This document shows, piece after piece, positions 61,224 to 64,000 of a stretch of DNA of 64,000 bases. Where the stretch lies: contig OZ249436.1 in NCBI GenBank assembly GCA_965235115.1, positions 65,596,001-65,660,000 on the forward strand, in the 5' to 3' direction. The notes below the pieces were generated by a model. That model did not search any database. It worked only from the letters and a program-made list of their open reading frames with translations, and was not told the origin of the DNA. The DNA comes from Laetmonice hystrix. Taxonomy: Eukaryota. How positions within the stretch are numbered: the first letter of the stretch is position 1; the number at the start of each line of letters is the position of its first letter. Both the position numbers and the translations under genes were made by a program.

Positions 61224-61237
61224 CCACCAGAGGGCGT
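61224..61237 (+). promoter_or_regulatory. CTCF-consensus motif
   Basis: CCACCAGAGGGCGT matches the CTCF core. Confidence 0.3.
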
Positions 61238-62609
61238 ATCATGACCATTTAATGGAGTAAATTGGGCGGTAAGCCGATGAATGGCGATGGATTCGTTAAG
61301 ATCCTGAAAAGACGGCACGGATAAACAGAGCTAAGTTAGGGCAAGGCGCGTTCCACTGGGACGTGAGATCATATCGGTCGGATCTCTTCCTGTCATGACC
61401 AGGGTTTCCCCAACTCTCCGACTCTATCACCCCCCCCCCCCCCCAGGATTCTTCACCGCTTAAAGTGAACCGCTGTGTTCGAGCGGTGAGTTCCTGGTTT
61501 AACAAGGAAAGTACCGACTCTAGACCGAGGCTCAATAAAGACCACATTGAGAGCCTCGCTTTGATTCCAGCGTTCCGTGTCAATACTGCCGAATAGAAAC
61601 CACCAGAACGGACCTTTCAAATGGCTGTCGACTTTCCTTTTTTTATTTCCGAAGCCGACAAACGCACAATAGTTTTAGAGATCATTTAATCTGACCGTGT
61701 GCAGTGAGATTCAGTGGCACCTTTTTTTGGTCACGTCGTCACTTCCGGTCTGGGTACATTTGGCAGGACGTCGTCACCATGGTGATAGCAAGACAGTTGT
61801 TGTCCTATCAGGGAGACATTATCAGACAAAGCCGGTGTCCACTTTGGAGGTTGACGTCCGCCCATGGCCGTCAAACGTGACTGGGGCACGACGTGCCTCA
61901 ATGTCCGTGGATGGTGAATACTGCTTTCAAACTTACGCCTGCCATATTGACGTATACGCGCGACGATTCAATATTTGACATCGTGGCCTTTTAATGTATT
62001 GGCCATGCATTGTCGTGTCATTCTGAAAAAGTTGCTGCGCGTCGTAAGGAAGTGTGCAAGCTGAGCCTTCGCCCCCTCCCGTGACTGAATCCAACCGTTC
62101 CCCCCGCACCCTCCAGCCTCCAGCCCCACCCTCCCCAACCCCGATGGGAGTCTGTTTATTATAACATGTCGGCACATTGCGGCGCATGTCCGTCGCAGAA
62201 TCCAATGAAAATGGCAACCATGTACATGATGCTACTTGTCAGGATCTTGATCTTCACATGGGATATTTAATTGAAGAATTTCAGCTGGAGACCATGGCAA
62301 CCCATACCATCACCAATCTCCGCATGTGAAAACATGACAATAAAGCATAACATTTAAAGGGAATGTTAAAACAAAAATGTGCCGAAACTATCAAAAATTA
62401 TTTTGACCTCTTATGTGACCATCTGGTTGTTAACCAATATATCTTGTGACTAATGACCCCCCCCCCCCCCCGGCTACTCAGTCGGACTGAAATCACAATG
62501 GTGGCCCAACATAAACGACTAGATGGTCGGACGGTAATCTTCAACATCTCATGATGACCGACCCGATGGTTTGATCGGGGATAAAACACCCGACTATAGG
62601 CCCGATGAC

Positions 62610-62679
62610 CCCGGCCCCACAAACCGACCCCATGGTCGGCGACCATCGGGTCGGAGGGAATCGGGTATGTGGGGCCGGG
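62610..62679. other. GC-rich nested hairpin
   Basis: Outer stem CCCGGCCCCACA/TGTGGGGCCGGG (12 bp) encloses inner stems CCGACCC/GGGTCGG and ATGGTC/GACCAT. Confidence 0.6.
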
Positions 62680-63344
62680 CCTAATAAACGGGTAAAAAGG
62701 CGATCGTCTGCTTCAATTCAAGGGAAAGTATCCTATTTTGCCTGCAGATTTCGCAAGGAAATACATGCCAAAAAATGAAGGAATGTGTTTTAAAATGCCG
62801 AATTAAAATATTGTTTACCTTCACTTTAAATGATGAATGGTTGCATCGGTGTGTTTCTGTCTTGGTGGTGAAGTTGTGTGGCTGGGAAACAGTGAATGTT
62901 ATCAGAATATTGACACGTTTGGCCAGGTACATAGCCTAAGTTTAGCCTGCAAAGTGGCGGTCGGACTTGAACGACCACCTGCCCCCTATCATGTATGTAG
63001 TGTGGCAGGTGTCTGGCGGATGTTGGTGTGGGTCTAGGTGTGGGGACGGGCGGGGGGGGGGGTCTAGAATCATGGTCAGCATACTGTGCATGACGTTACA
63101 CTGAGGACCCCTTCATCATAGGGTATGCTGGGGAAAAACAGGACATGTAAAATTAGTTTTGGATTGGCGCCATTACGGAAAATGTCATTTGAAGTAAAAG
63201 AAGTGTGGAACAAAGAAGTAAAGAATCTTAGAAGTTTACTTCAAATAGGTCCGAGATATCTCAACGTCAATTCCTAGCCCACGTAAACGAACTTGTTCTG
63301 TTCATTCGTTTTGGAAATTAATTAGATAGCGACGCCTACTGGGA

Positions 63345-63384
63345 CCTACTCGTGCAATCATTGGCCTACTCGTGCAATCATTGG
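63345..63384. repeat. Perfect 20-bp tandem duplication
   Basis: CCTACTCGTGCAATCATTGG occurs twice in direct succession. Confidence 0.9.
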
Positions 63385-64000
63385 CAGGGGAATAAGTGAG
63401 GATTTTCCTGCTACCCTATGATAAAGACGTTTTTCATAGTTCTCTGCGCTGTGCGTATTTCTCTGGAGAACAAGGTCAGTGAGACGCCAAGAAATATAAT
63501 AACCAGACCAGTGTTCATTTCAAGCAATTTAAAATAATGGTTGACATAGCAATCTGGGCATAGCTGCCGTTACAATATTGAAAATAATCAATAAGCATAA
63601 ATTTGTGTTCTTTAATCATAAGAAATCTGTGATGTGTTGGCGTATGACCCTAATAATTATTTAGGAAGGCCCCTTTTAATTCGAGACGACTGGCAAAGAA
63701 GAAAAGCCTAGAAGGTGAACACCGGTTGTCAACATTCATTTTAAACTATATGTAATAACTGTGACTGATGCTAGGTTCCTACTGCCGTAACATTGCAGAA
63801 TTCCCTCGGCTACGAGTGTTGATATCAAGATACTGGAACATTTTCCACTCAAGATACACCGTTCATGAGAAAAAACGTGGCAGTCACGTGTGTGTAGGTG
63901 TGAAAAAGACATGTCGTTTTTTGTTTTATCGAAAATCCTGGATGGCAGCCAATTACTTTCTAGCCGAGATTGTTGATGGCTGGCGGGAAGTGTCGATTAA

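Overview
This is repeat-rich, gene-poor eukaryotic DNA, most likely from an invertebrate bilaterian animal. That inference rests on consensus CTCF-like motifs, TTAGGG motifs inside a small element, metazoan LINE and Penelope sequences, and the absence of operons, rRNA or CRISPR arrays. The only long, clearly protein-coding ORF is an intact CR1-group LINE ORF2 (APE endonuclease plus RT, 53515-56388) with a 28-nt poly(A) tail. The window also holds a 5'-truncated LINE (- strand), a decayed Penelope-like RT/GIY-YIG fragment, several MITEs and hairpins, and about seven minisatellite or microsatellite arrays. There are a few candidate host exons, the best being a GC-rich first exon on the - strand near 16.4 kb. 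The most unusual object is a block of about 10.6 apparently identical 334-bp units (26724-30271). Each unit carries an RNA polymerase III A-box, B-box and T4 terminator. The block sits exactly in register inside a diverged 73-bp minisatellite, with no target-site duplication. Its ends fall at or within 2 nt of TGT...ACA boundaries next to a polypurine tract, which suggests a Pol III-carrying mini-LTR (Cassandra/TRIM-like) or rolling-circle tandem retroelement. All calls were made by eye without database searches, and most short ORFs in the track look spurious.
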